DNA of 63,690 nucleotides from Chloroflexota bacterium. Its GTDB lineage: Bacteria > Chloroflexota > Anaerolineae > UBA4142. The notes beneath the pieces were generated by a model. The model saw nothing but the letters and a program-made list of their open reading frames with translations, searched no databases and was not told where the DNA came from. The stretch covers positions 1 through 63,690 of the forward strand of contig VGOB01000001.1 in assembly GCA_016865935.1 (NCBI GenBank). Direction: 5' to 3'. Below are positions 27,511 to 37,096 of this stretch, piece by piece. The position numbers and the translations under genes were made by a program. Each line of letters begins with the position of its first letter. Position 1 is the stretch's first letter.

Positions 27511-28845
27511 CTAGCCCCAACCTCGGGTCAATGGCGCTTCGGCTTCGGTCTTGCTCGGCGCGCGCATTCGCAACAAGTAACGCACCACGGCGGGCGCGGC
27601 GACGAACAACAGCACCAAACCTTGGATCAGCGAAATGATGTACTTGGACACGCCCGAATTCAGTTCCATCAAGTCCGCGCCGTTTCGCATCGCGCCCCAC
27701 AAGAACGCGCCGCCGACGATGCCGATGGGATTGTTCTTGGCGAGGAGCGCGAGCGCGATACTGTCAAAGCCGTACCCGCTGGAGAAAAAGAGCGGCAGGC
27801 AGCGGCAAATCGAAACGCCCAGCACTTCAATCGTCCCGGCGATCCCGGCGAGCGCGCCGGAAATCGCCATCGTCACGATGATGTTGCGCGAGATGTTGAT
27901 GCCGGCATAGCGCGCCGCGTTCGGATTCGCGCCGACGGTCCGCATTTCAAAGCCGAGCGTCGTTTTGTACATCAGCCACCACACCACCGCCGCGGCGACG
28001 AGCGCGAGAATAATGCCGATGTGCAAACGATCGTACTGGTCGTCGAACAGCCACCAAACTTTCACGAGCGGCGGCAACGCGATGAAAGCGATCGCGCCGG
28101 TGGCGAAAACGATTCCGCCGACGACCACGCGGCGCGCGTGCGGCGCGAGCCAGCGCACGATGACGAACGCGCACAGCGCGCAAAAGAGCGCGACGCCAAG
28201 CGCGTTCAGCGGATCGGCTAAGCGTTCCGGAATTTGCCACAGCGACCACAATTCCGCGTTCGGCGAAACGCGCAACGTTTGCACTGCGGTCGAAAGCGGA
28301 TCGCGCAGCGGAAGACTCACCACGAATTCCGCCAGGCGAAACGCGATGTAATTCATCATCATCGTCGTGATGACTTCGTGCGCGCCGGTGCGCGCTTTGA
28401 GAAAGCCGGGAATGCCCGCCCAGAGCGCGCCGCCGAGCGCGCCCGCCAAAATCACGAGCGGCAGGTGAATGATCGCCGGCAGACCAGGGAACGCGACGCC
28501 CGCCCACACCGCGCTGATCGCGCCGATGTAGAATTGTCCTTCGACGCCGATGTTGAACAATCCGGCTTTGAAACCGATCGCCAAGCCCAGACCCAGAAAA
28601 ACGTACGGCGTCATCGCGACGAGCGTTTCGCTGAAACCGCGCTGTTTGAAAAACGCGCCGTTGATCAATCCCGCGTACGCCGCGCCAACGGTTTCCAAAC
28701 TTCCGCTGGTGATCCAAATGATGATCGCGCCGCCGAGGAATCCCAGGAACATCGCGAGCGCGGGCATACTGAGCACGTCGAGCGTGCGGAGCAAGGTGGC
28801 ACGCCCATCGGTTCGCGCGGCGCGCTCTGCAGCAAGGTTAGACAT
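27511..28845 (-). CDS. ABC transporter permease (YufP/NupB-like)
   Basis: 444-aa polytopic ORF. Its start overlaps the ATPase stop by 8 nt. Confidence 0.88.
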   Translation of the reverse strand: MSNLAAERAARTDGRATLLRTLDVLSMPALAMFLGFLGGAIIIWITSGSLETVGAAYAGLINGAFFKQRGFSETLVAMTPYVFLGLGLAIGFKAGLFNIGVEGQFYIGAISAVWAGVAFPGLPAIIHLPLVILAGALGGALWAGIPGFLKARTGAHEVITTMMMNYIAFRLAEFVVSLPLRDPLSTAVQTLRVSPNAELWSLWQIPERLADPLNALGVALFCALCAFVIVRWLAPHARRVVVGGIVFATGAIAFIALPPLVKVWWLFDDQYDRLHIGIILALVAAAVVWWLMYKTTLGFEMRTVGANPNAARYAGINISRNIIVTMAISGALAGIAGTIEVLGVSICRCLPLFFSSGYGFDSIALALLAKNNPIGIVGGAFLWGAMRNGADLMELNSGVSKYIISLIQGLVLLFVAAPAVVRYLLRMRAPSKTEAEAPLTRGWG

Positions 28846-30382
28846 GCGCGCCTCCTTTCACGCCCGCCATCAGCAAACCGAGTTGCTCGCGCGTCGCGTC
28901 CGGCGCGTTCAGCGTGTCCAAGATGCGTCCTTTGTACATCACCGCGATCCGATCCGAGAGCGACATAATTTCGTCCAATTCCGCCGAAACGAGCAACACC
29001 GCCGTGTGCCGGTCGCGCGCCTCCACGATTCGGCGATGAATGAATTCGATGGAGCCAACGTCGAGTCCGCGCGTCGGCTGGTTGACGATCAACAATTTCA
29101 CCGGGCGATCCAGTTCGCGCGCGACGATCACTTTTTGCTGATTGCCGCCGGAGAGCGAACCGACCAGCGTGCCGGTGCTGGGTGTGCGAATATCGAATTC
29201 CTTGACGAGTTTCTGCGCTTCGTTTTCGATGTGCGCTTCGTCAATTTCCACGCCGCGCGCAAACGGCGATTCGTAGTACGTGCACAGCACCAGGTTGTCG
29301 CGCACCGGAAAAGTCAACACCAAGCCGTGCTTGTGCCGATCTTCCGGCACGTGCCCGGTGCCAAACTCGGTGATCTGGCGCGGCGTTGCGTGTGTCGTGT
29401 CGTGATCGAGCAAGGCGACGTGTCCACCGGAAACAGGACGCAACCCGGTCAACGCTTCGACAAGTTCGCGCTGTCCGTTGCCCTGCACTCCGGCGATGCC
29501 AAGAATTTCTCCGGCGCGCACTTCGAACGAAACATCGTGCACGGTCGTCGCGTGACGATCATCTTGCACCTGGAGATTGCCGACGCGCAAAATCACATCG
29601 CCGGGTTGCGCGGCTTGCTTGTCAATCTGGAGAATGACCTGGCGTCCGACCATCATCTCGGCGAGCATTTCCGAAGTGGCTTGCTTGGGCGTGGTCGTGC
29701 CGACCATCTTGCCGCCGCGCATCACACTGATCCGATCCGTCACCGCGAACATTTCGCGCAGTTTGTGCGTGATGAAGACGATTGACTTGCCTTGCTTGAC
29801 CAGTTCGCGCATAATGACGAATAGCTCATCCGCTTCTTGCGGCGTCAACACCGCAGTCGGTTCATCGAGGATGAGAATTTCGGCGCGGCGGTACAGCGCC
29901 TTGACGATTTCGACGCGCTGCTGCGCGCCGACCGGCAGATCTTTGACGTGCGCGTCCGGATCCACGTCGAGCCGGTACTGGTGCGAGAGTTCGCGGATGC
30001 GCTGCGCCGCGCTGCGCCGGTCGAGCGCGGAGAGTTGACCCAGGAATTGCGTCGCGGGCTGGAGCGATTCTTGACCCAGGATGATGTTTTCGGTGACGGT
30101 GAGCGGCGGCACGAGCATAAAGTGCTGATGCACCATACCGATCCCTTGGGCAATCGCGTCGTGGGGGCTGCTGAACCGGGTCGGTGTGCCGACAATTGAA
30201 ATCGTTCCCTCGTCGGGCTGATACAAACCGTAGAGGATGTTCATCAGCGTGGATTTGCCCGCGCCGTTTTCGCCGAGGAGCCCGTGAATCTCGCCGGACT
30301 GCAAATCGAAATCCACGTGATCGTTGGCGAGCACGCCGGGAAAGCGTTTGGTGATGCCGGTGGCTTGCAGGGCAGGCGGCAT
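28838..30382 (-). CDS. ABC transporter ATP-binding protein with duplicated ABC domains
   Basis: 514-aa ORF. Walker A GENGAGKST and LSGG signature LSGGNQQKV in the two halves. Confidence 0.9.
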   Translation of the reverse strand: MPPALQATGITKRFPGVLANDHVDFDLQSGEIHGLLGENGAGKSTLMNILYGLYQPDEGTISIVGTPTRFSSPHDAIAQGIGMVHQHFMLVPPLTVTENIILGQESLQPATQFLGQLSALDRRSAAQRIRELSHQYRLDVDPDAHVKDLPVGAQQRVEIVKALYRRAEILILDEPTAVLTPQEADELFVIMRELVKQGKSIVFITHKLREMFAVTDRISVMRGGKMVGTTTPKQATSEMLAEMMVGRQVILQIDKQAAQPGDVILRVGNLQVQDDRHATTVHDVSFEVRAGEILGIAGVQGNGQRELVEALTGLRPVSGGHVALLDHDTTHATPRQITEFGTGHVPEDRHKHGLVLTFPVRDNLVLCTYYESPFARGVEIDEAHIENEAQKLVKEFDIRTPSTGTLVGSLSGGNQQKVIVARELDRPVKLLIVNQPTRGLDVGSIEFIHRRIVEARDRHTAVLLVSAELDEIMSLSDRIAVMYKGRILDTLNAPDATREQLGLLMAGVKGGAHV

Positions 30383-30442
30383 TGATACTCCTTGCGGTAC
30401 AATGGTAGGGGCGGGGTAATCCCGCCCCTACCTCATTGGAAA

Positions 30443-31495
30443 CTACTTGTAGCCGGTGGCAAGTTTGCCGCTCTTCAAATCTTCGGTGGCGGTTTTGATC
30501 TTGTCTTTGACAGTTTGCGGAATCTTGCTGTCCCAATCGTGGAACGGCGCGAGACCCACGCCGCCGTTCTGCAGATTCGCGGTAAAGACGCCGGCTTTAC
30601 TGGACTTGGCGTTGACGGACTTGAGGTAGTTGTAGACGGCGGCGTCCACGTTCTTCGCCGCGCTGCTCAGCAACGCGCCCTTGACTTCGGGATACGTGTT
30701 GTACTGATCCACATCCACGCCGATCGCCATCAGACCTTTCTCTTTCGCCGCGAGCAAGCCGCCGTTGCCGGTGTTACCGCCAACGCCGAACACGACATCG
30801 CAACCCTGGGCGATCATAGATTGACCGGTTTCTTTACCCTTTGCCGGATCAATGAACGAGGGGATGTAAACGTTCAAGGTCTTGACATCCGGCTTGATCC
30901 ATTTCGCGCCGTTTTGGAATCCGACGACAAAGCGGACGACCGGAGGAATTTCCATTCCGGAGACGGTGCAGACGGTGCCGGTCTTGGTCATCCCGCCGGC
31001 GAGCACTCCGGCGAGGAAGCCGACCTGGTCTTCTTGGAACATCAACGACGTGACGTTCTTCAAACCGCCGTCGTCGTAGCAATCTTTCTTGGTGTCATCG
31101 CAGTAGGCGACGCCCTTGGTGGGGAAGTACGCATTGTCCACGATCGCGAATTTGATGTTGGGATACTGCTTGGCTTTGATCGCGGTCGCATCGCCCATCA
31201 AGAAACCGACGGTGATGAGCACGTCGTACTTTTCGGTGGCGAACTGGTCAATGTTCTTTTCATAGTCGGTGGGTTGTTTCGATTCGATGAATTTGATGTC
31301 CCAGCCGAATTCCTTGGCGCCTTTTTGCGCGCCTTCCCAGGCGGATTGGTTGAACGACTTGTCATTCACGCCGCCCACGTCGGTGATGAGACCGACTCTG
31401 AGTTTGCCGGTGGTGGCAGCCGGAGCAGCGCACGCGGCGAGCGCGAGCGCGACCAAGGTCAACAGAGCGGCGAACACGAAAATTTTTGTACGCAT
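30443..31495 (-). CDS. BMP-family ABC substrate-binding lipoprotein (purine nucleoside type)
   Basis: 350-aa ORF with GGAGGAG SD. Lipoprotein signal ...LALAACAAP and BMP/PnrA-like sequence. Confidence 0.88.
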   Translation of the reverse strand: MRTKIFVFAALLTLVALALAACAAPAATTGKLRVGLITDVGGVNDKSFNQSAWEGAQKGAKEFGWDIKFIESKQPTDYEKNIDQFATEKYDVLITVGFLMGDATAIKAKQYPNIKFAIVDNAYFPTKGVAYCDDTKKDCYDDGGLKNVTSLMFQEDQVGFLAGVLAGGMTKTGTVCTVSGMEIPPVVRFVVGFQNGAKWIKPDVKTLNVYIPSFIDPAKGKETGQSMIAQGCDVVFGVGGNTGNGGLLAAKEKGLMAIGVDVDQYNTYPEVKGALLSSAAKNVDAAVYNYLKSVNAKSSKAGVFTANLQNGGVGLAPFHDWDSKIPQTVKDKIKTATEDLKSGKLATGYK

Positions 31496-31776
31496 TTTTT
31501 CTCCTCCAAGATGGTTGATTAAACTTGTCGAGTCGTCAGGTGACAGTTTAGGTCAGGTGATCACCTCCTCTCAAATCGAATCCACGTTCAGCATTGAACG
31601 GCGCATCTGCCGTTGGGGAAACCGGCAAAGGAGAAACCGGGGAGCGTCTTTGCCTTTCATATTATACGCGAAATCGGCAAACTGCAAAATAGGTATCGCA
31701 CGCCAACTTGGCAAAGGTCGCGCCGACGCGCAGCGGCGCGGCAATCGAATTTTCGCAAGAGGACGGACGACCTTGT

Positions 31777-31805
31777 TTGCGCTTTTGTTTGATTCGGAGT
31801 ATATT
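31777..31805 (+). promoter_or_regulatory. candidate promoter of the proline dehydrogenase gene
   Basis: TTGCGC (31777..31782), 17-nt spacer, TATATT (31800..31805). Confidence 0.3.
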
Positions 31806-31856
31806 TGAAACCGGAAGAGGGAACGCACCCGCCCACATCAAATCAAGGAGGATCCG

Positions 31857-32786
31857 ATGCCACTGATGCGTGATCTTTTTCTCGCAATGTCTACGAACGC
31901 GCTGATGCGCCGATTGATCGTCGGCTTTCCGTTGACGCGGCGCGTCACGCGCCGTTTTGTCGCCGGCGAAACGATTGACGAAGCAATTCAGGTGGTCAAG
32001 CAACTAAGGACGCAAGGAATTGACGTCACGTTCGATCAACTCGGCGAGAGCGTGACGAACGAAACGGAAGCGCGCGCCGCGAAAGACGGCTATTTGCGCG
32101 CGCTCGACGCGATTGCCGCGAACCAGGTGGCGTGCCAAATGTCGGTGAAATTGACGCAAATGGGACTCGACCTCAATGCCGATTTATGTCTCGCGAATAT
32201 GCGGGAGATTCTCACGCGCGCGCAACAAGCCGGCACGCTCGTCACGATTGATATGGAGGACTCGGCGCACACCCAGGTCACGCTCAACGTTTTCAAAACA
32301 CTGCGCGAAGAGTTCGACAATGTCGGGATCGTCCTGCAAAGTTATCTCTATCGCAGTGAAGAAGATTTCAGAGCGCTGATCGCGCTCGGCGCGAACGTGC
32401 GCTTGTGCAAAGGCGCGTACAAAGAACCGGCGACCGTCGCGTTTCCGGCAAAAAAAGACGTGGACGCGAATTACATCAAACTCGCGCAACTCTTTTTCGA
32501 TTCCAACGGCAGCGCGAATCGCGCGTATCTCGATCTGGCGACGCACGACGAAAAAATTATCGCGTGGACGAAAGAATACGTTACCGCGCACCAAGTCGAT
32601 CGGAAACGTTTTGAATTTCAAATGCTCTACGGAATTCGTTCCGATCTGCAAAAGAAGATCGTCGCGGAAGGATACACGATGCGCGTCTACGTCCCGTGCG
32701 GCACGCATTGGTATCCGTACTTTATGCGGCGGCTGGCGGAACGTCCGGCGAATGTGATCTTTTTGATTAGCAATCTCTTTCGTTGA
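31857..32786 (+). CDS. proline dehydrogenase
   Basis: 309-aa ORF with AAGGAGG SD. Sequence ...RRFVAGETIDEAIQVVKQLRTQGIDVTFDQLGESV... is typical of monofunctional PRODH. Confidence 0.85.
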   Translation: MPLMRDLFLAMSTNALMRRLIVGFPLTRRVTRRFVAGETIDEAIQVVKQLRTQGIDVTFDQLGESVTNETEARAAKDGYLRALDAIAANQVACQMSVKLTQMGLDLNADLCLANMREILTRAQQAGTLVTIDMEDSAHTQVTLNVFKTLREEFDNVGIVLQSYLYRSEEDFRALIALGANVRLCKGAYKEPATVAFPAKKDVDANYIKLAQLFFDSNGSANRAYLDLATHDEKIIAWTKEYVTAHQVDRKRFEFQMLYGIRSDLQKKIVAEGYTMRVYVPCGTHWYPYFMRRLAERPANVIFLISNLFR

Positions 32787-32843
32787 GTTCAAGGTTCAAA
32801 GTTCGACGTTCAAACTTTGAACCTTGAACTTGGAACTTTGAAC
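32787..32843. repeat. palindromic repeat built from GTTCAAG heptamers (copy B1)
   Basis: GTTCAAGGTTCAAAGTTCGACGTTCAAACTTTGAACCTTGAACTTGGAACTTTGAAC. Confidence 0.65.
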
Positions 32844-32853
32844 CAGGGGAATT

Positions 32854-34041
32854 ATGAAAGCCGAAACCATCTCCATCGGCACCGAGTTGTTGCTCGGGCA
32901 AATCACGGACACGAACGCGGTTTGGATCGCGGAGCGGCTGTCCGAAGTTGGCGTGGACTTGTACTTTCGCACGACCGTCGGCGATAACGTCGGGCGGATC
33001 GTGGACGCGATTCAACACGCGCTCACGCGCGCCGATGTCATCATCACGACCGGCGGCTTGGGACCAACCGTTGACGATATGACGCGCGAAGCGGTCGCCA
33101 AAGCGACGGCGCGCGATCTGGTGCTGGACGAAAACTTGCTCGCGCAGATTCGGCGAATGTTCGAGCGGTGGGGACGCGGGATGAGCGAGAACAACGTGCG
33201 GCAGGCGTACATTCCGCGCGGCGCGACGCCGATTGAAAATCCGGTCGGTACCGCGCCGGTCTTCATCGTCGAGCATCAGGGCAAGTACGTCATCGCGCTG
33301 CCGGGCGTGCCGCGCGAAATGAAATATTTGATGGAGACGCGCATCCTCCCCTGGTTGCGCGAAAAAACCGGCGGCGAGTGGATCATCCTCAGCAAAACAC
33401 TCCGCACCTGCGCGGTCGGCGAAAGTCAGGTGGATGAAAAGATCACCGATCTCGAAGCGTCATCGAATCCGACCGTGGGCTTGCTCGCGCACCCAGGGCA
33501 GACCGATGTGCGCGTCACGGCAAAAGCGCGTACGCGCGCGGAAGCGGAAACGCTGATCAAAGAGATGGAAGCGCGCGTGCGCGAACGGCTCGGCGATTGG
33601 ATTTACGGCGAAGGCGACGAAACAGTCGAAGAAGTGACCGCGCGCGCACTCGCGGCGCGCAATTGGCGCATCGCGCTCGCGGAGACGAACACCGCCGGAA
33701 AGATCGCGGAACGCTTGCGCGCGCGTCCGGAAGGCACGCGCATTATCAAATCCGCGATGTTGCTCGACAACGTGACGGAACTTTCGGAGAAAAACGCCGG
33801 GACGATTGCAGAGCAATTCCGCAACGTGACCGGCGCAGACATCGCCGTCGCCGTGCTGGGGACGACGAACTCCGGTCAAGATATGTACGCCGAAGATACC
33901 GGGCATTGCGCGATGGCAGTCGCCACCGCGTCCGGGACGATCACGCGCGCGTACTCCATCGGCGGGATCAGCGATCAAGCGCAAACCTGGATCATCACGC
34001 GCGCGTTGGATTTGGTGAGACGCGCGACGCTGAAAGCGTGA
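32854..34041 (+). CDS. cinA: CinA-family protein (MoCF-type N-domain plus CinA/NMN-deamidase-like C-domain)
   Basis: 395-aa ORF. N-terminus MKAETISIGTELLLGQITDTNAVWIAERL. Confidence 0.85.
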   Translation: MKAETISIGTELLLGQITDTNAVWIAERLSEVGVDLYFRTTVGDNVGRIVDAIQHALTRADVIITTGGLGPTVDDMTREAVAKATARDLVLDENLLAQIRRMFERWGRGMSENNVRQAYIPRGATPIENPVGTAPVFIVEHQGKYVIALPGVPREMKYLMETRILPWLREKTGGEWIILSKTLRTCAVGESQVDEKITDLEASSNPTVGLLAHPGQTDVRVTAKARTRAEAETLIKEMEARVRERLGDWIYGEGDETVEEVTARALAARNWRIALAETNTAGKIAERLRARPEGTRIIKSAMLLDNVTELSEKNAGTIAEQFRNVTGADIAVAVLGTTNSGQDMYAEDTGHCAMAVATASGTITRAYSIGGISDQAQTWIITRALDLVRRATLKA

Positions 34042-34042
34042 C

Positions 34043-34108
34043 AGGGAGAGAGGGAGACAAGGAGAGAGGGAGAGCAGATGCCTCATCTCCCCGTCTCCCG
34101 CTCTCCCA
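34043..34108. repeat. palindromic repeat, GGGAGAGA family (copy D2)
   Basis: AGGGAGAGAGGGAGACAAGGAGAGAGGGAGAGCAG ... CTCCCCGTCTCCCGCTCTCCC. Confidence 0.6.
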
Positions 34109-34130
34109 CTCATTTCTTGGGAGCAGAACA

Positions 34131-35045
34131 GTGGATAATCCCCAATTCGTCTGGGTGGACGGCAAACTGGTGGCGTGGAACGATGCGACGATTCACATCA
34201 CGACGCTCGGCACGGCAGGCGTGTCCTTGGTGTACGAAGGGATTCGCGCGTATTGGAACGCGGACGCGCGCAAACTATTCGTCTTGCAACTTGACGAACA
34301 TCTGGCGCGCTTTGAACAATCGATCCGTTTGACGCGAATGCGCCAGACGATTCCGACGGCGGAAATTCGCGCGGGGATTCTCGCGCTCGTGCGCGCGAAT
34401 CAATGCGCGCAAGACACGTACATCCGCCCGTTCGCGTTCGTCGAATCCACGTACTATAGCGGCATTTCGAACGATCAGGCGCGCCTCGTCATCAACTCGA
34501 TGCCGAACCCGTTGCCGGTGAGCGGCGTGCGCGTCGTCCACGCGTGCGTCAGTTCCTGGTCGCGCGTGACCGATAACGTGATGCCGCCGCGCGTCAAGGC
34601 GTCGTCGAATTATTTGAACTCGCGTTACGCGATGGAAGAAGCCAAGCGCAACGGCTACGATATCGCGCTGCTGCTCAATCCGAGCGGCAAAGTCGCGGAA
34701 GCGCCGGGCGCGTGTTTGATGATCGTCCGCGACGGCAAAATCATTACGCCGTCCGTCACGAGCGGCATCTTGGAAAGCATCACGCGCGAGACGATCATTC
34801 AACTCTGCCGCGAAGTTTTGCAGATCCAAGTGATCGAGCGCGACGTGGATCGTACCGAGTTGTACATCGCGCAGGAAGCATTCTTGTGCGGCACCGGCAC
34901 CGAAGTCACACCGATTGCGTCGGTGGATCGCTTTACGTTGGGCGATGGCAAAATCGGCGCGCTTACCCAACGCATCGCGACGCTGTTCCAAAACCTGGCG
35001 CGCGGGATCGATCCGCGCTACCCGGAATGGCGAACGGCAGTGTAA
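34131..35045 (+). CDS. ilvE: branched-chain-amino-acid aminotransferase (class IV)
   Basis: GTG start at 34131 after GGGAGCAG. Sequence (M)DNPQFVWVDGKLVAWNDATIHITTLG...YEGIRAY. The ORF-track upstream extension overlaps cinA and is not protein-like. Confidence 0.82.
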   Translation: MDNPQFVWVDGKLVAWNDATIHITTLGTAGVSLVYEGIRAYWNADARKLFVLQLDEHLARFEQSIRLTRMRQTIPTAEIRAGILALVRANQCAQDTYIRPFAFVESTYYSGISNDQARLVINSMPNPLPVSGVRVVHACVSSWSRVTDNVMPPRVKASSNYLNSRYAMEEAKRNGYDIALLLNPSGKVAEAPGACLMIVRDGKIITPSVTSGILESITRETIIQLCREVLQIQVIERDVDRTELYIAQEAFLCGTGTEVTPIASVDRFTLGDGKIGALTQRIATLFQNLARGIDPRYPEWRTAV

Positions 35046-35048
35046 GGC

Positions 35049-35140
35049 AGAAGGATGAGGGATGAAGGATAAAGGATGAAGGATGAAAATTTTCCTCATC
35101 GCGCACTTTTTCATCCTTCATCCTTCCGCCTTCATCCTTT
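35049..35140. repeat. palindromic repeat built from GGATGAA heptamers (copy C2)
   Basis: AGAAGGATGAGGGATGAAGGATAAAGGATGAAGGATGAA ... TCATCCTTCATCCTTCCGCCTTCATCCTT. Confidence 0.65.
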
Positions 35141-35150
35141 TGAGTGAATA

Positions 35151-36029
35151 ATGATACTTGGAATAATCTTGGGTCTCATCAGCGCGTTCATCTGGGCGAC
35201 GACGAGTTTGGCGATCAAAGAACAAGCGGCGCGCGTCAATCCGTTGTCGTTCAACGCGTTTCGGATGGTCGTCGCGACGATTTTTACGTTCGCGCTCTTG
35301 CCGTTTTTCGGCGGCATTGACGGCATCCTGCAAACCGCGTCGAGCGCGGTGCTGCTCTTGTCCATCTCCTCGATCATCGGGATCGCGATTGGCGACGCGC
35401 TCTACTTTTGGAGTATGACGAAAATCGGCGCGTCGCGCGCGCTGCCGCTTTCGGGAACGTACCCGCTCTTCACCTGGGCGCTCGCGGTGCCGCTCTTGGG
35501 CGAGCCGATTACGGCGGAAGCGATGTTCGGCACCGCGCTCGTCGTCGGCGGCGTGTATCTCCTGTCGCCCGGCAACGGGACCAGCGCGCACGCGGACGCG
35601 CGAACGGAACGGCTGGGAATGGTTGCCGCCATCGCCGCGGCGGCGCTGTGGGCGGTCGCGACGACGATGCTCAAGATCGGCGTGCAACAATCGCCCGGCG
35701 TGATCGTCGTGAACGCGATTCGTTTGCCGGTCGCGGCAATCGCGAGCATACTCGTCGCGCAGTGGTACGGCGGCTGGCGCGTGTGGGATGGCTATACGCG
35801 CCAGAATCTGCCGCGCCTGATCGCGCTGGCAATGTACAGCACGGGAATCGGGATGATCGTGTGGACGCTGGCGGTGGATTATGCCGGCGCGGCGCGCGCC
35901 GCGCTGCTCAATACCGCCGCGCCGTTGATCGGCGTGCCGCTCTCGGTGATATTTTTACACGAGCGCGTGACGCGCAAAGTGGTGATGGGGACACTGCTCG
36001 CGGTGTGCGGGGTGTGGTTGATTTTGTAA
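35151..36029 (+). CDS. DMT-superfamily (EamA) transporter
   Basis: 292-aa ORF with 10 predicted hydrophobic segments and two EamA-like halves. Confidence 0.85.
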   Translation: MILGIILGLISAFIWATTSLAIKEQAARVNPLSFNAFRMVVATIFTFALLPFFGGIDGILQTASSAVLLLSISSIIGIAIGDALYFWSMTKIGASRALPLSGTYPLFTWALAVPLLGEPITAEAMFGTALVVGGVYLLSPGNGTSAHADARTERLGMVAAIAAAALWAVATTMLKIGVQQSPGVIVVNAIRLPVAAIASILVAQWYGGWRVWDGYTRQNLPRLIALAMYSTGIGMIVWTLAVDYAGAARAALLNTAAPLIGVPLSVIFLHERVTRKVVMGTLLAVCGVWLIL

Positions 36030-36056
36030 GAAAAAATCGCGCGTCGAAACCGGAAA

Positions 36057-36097
36057 CAGGGTAGAGCCAGGTAGATTGGCTTTGCCCTGTTTTTTTG
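36057..36097 (+). terminator. rho-independent terminator after the EamA gene
   Basis: CAGGGTAGAGCCA ... TGGCTTTGCCCTG followed by TTTTTTT. Confidence 0.6.
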
Positions 36098-36149
36098 ATC
36101 CGGTGATTTGCTTTTTGTCAAAGACACGCGCGTCAATGTACTGTATGCT

Positions 36150-36273
36150 GGCAAGCGAAAAGAAGATTGGCGGAGAGTAGCGCGGCTACTTCTGCCCGCG
36201 CGATGCCGCGCGGAAACCTGGGTGGTGAACGCCTCCCGAATATCTGACGATATTCGGAGCAGGGCGTTTTTTG
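36150..36273 (+). promoter_or_regulatory. structured leader ending in a terminator hairpin plus T6 (riboswitch or attenuator candidate) upstream of the membrane-protein/ctaB operon
   Basis: GGCGGAGAGTAGCGCGGCTACTTCTGCC, GCGCGATGCCGCGC, then GCCTCCCGAATAT-CTGACG-ATATTCGGAGCAGGGC followed by TTTTTT at 36267..36272. This is 20 nt before the ATG at 36293. Confidence 0.3.
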
Positions 36274-36292
36274 TTTGAGAGGGAAGGTGATC

Positions 36293-37096
36293 ATGAAAGA
36301 TAATTTCAAACTTGGCGCGATTCTGGCGGCTGTCGGCGCGATCACGGGAATCATCGGATTCTTTGTGTTCACGCAAATCTACAACCCGCTCATCGAAACG
36401 ATGCTCAAACTCAATCGCGCGCACGAAGCGCAATCGGTGCGGTATACGTTTGCCGTGCTGGGTTATCTCGTGATCGCGGCGGGCGCGCTGTGGACGCTCG
36501 CGCTGTACGGTTTCTTAACCAAGGAGCGCTGGGCGTGGATGATCGGCGTCATCGCCAGCACGTTGAGCATCCTGGCGGGCTTTTTCCCATCCGTTCCGGC
36601 GATGGACGCCAAACAATCGCCTGCGACGATTATCGTCTTCGTTTCGAACCTGGTTTTGTGGCTGGCGTTGTTGCTTTTCGTCCGCAAGACCGATTGGCGC
36701 ATCGTCGTGCTTGCGCTCTTCACCGGCATTGCGTTCGTGCTATCGTTTATGGATGGCGTCGCGCCGATCGCGAAATTCCACGAATCAGTGGGACAAGGCG
36801 CGGTCAACGCGTTGTATTTGTTCGTGCAACAGATCAACTGGTGGGCGAGCGCGGCGTGGGCGGTGTTTCTCTTCGCGCTGCTCGGACAAAAATCGTGGGC
36901 GCGCGTCGTTGGGATTGGCGCGGGCTTGCTGGAATGTTGGGGCGGCTATCCGGTGGGCGTGTTGAATATGCTGGAGGTCAAACGCTTTTCGCTCTTTTTG
37001 CCCGCGCCGTTGCTCAGCACCGCGCTCGTCACCTTTTTGATGACACCCTACGCGCGCAAACTATTGGCGGATTGGACGGAACGACGGGGAGCGTGA
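36293..37096 (+). CDS. polytopic membrane protein, divergent member of the local paralog family (P1)
   Basis: ATG at 36293 with GAGAGGGAAGG SD. Motifs LYGFLTKERWAW and FVRKTDWR align with the PIYRGxxW and RKTD/EKSDW motifs of P3-P5. The stop overlaps the ctaB ATG by 1 nt. Confidence 0.7.
   Translation: MKDNFKLGAILAAVGAITGIIGFFVFTQIYNPLIETMLKLNRAHEAQSVRYTFAVLGYLVIAAGALWTLALYGFLTKERWAWMIGVIASTLSILAGFFPSVPAMDAKQSPATIIVFVSNLVLWLALLLFVRKTDWRIVVLALFTGIAFVLSFMDGVAPIAKFHESVGQGAVNALYLFVQQINWWASAAWAVFLFALLGQKSWARVVGIGAGLLECWGGYPVGVLNMLEVKRFSLFLPAPLLSTALVTFLMTPYARKLLADWTERRGA

Noticed and set aside
36150-36273. Assignment of the leader to the yybP-ykoY manganese riboswitch class.
   Set aside because: Only the GGAGAGUAGCG box resembles the consensus. 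The second conserved half (UUGACAUA...AGCAAGACC-type) is not convincingly present. It is kept only as an unclassified riboswitch-like leader.
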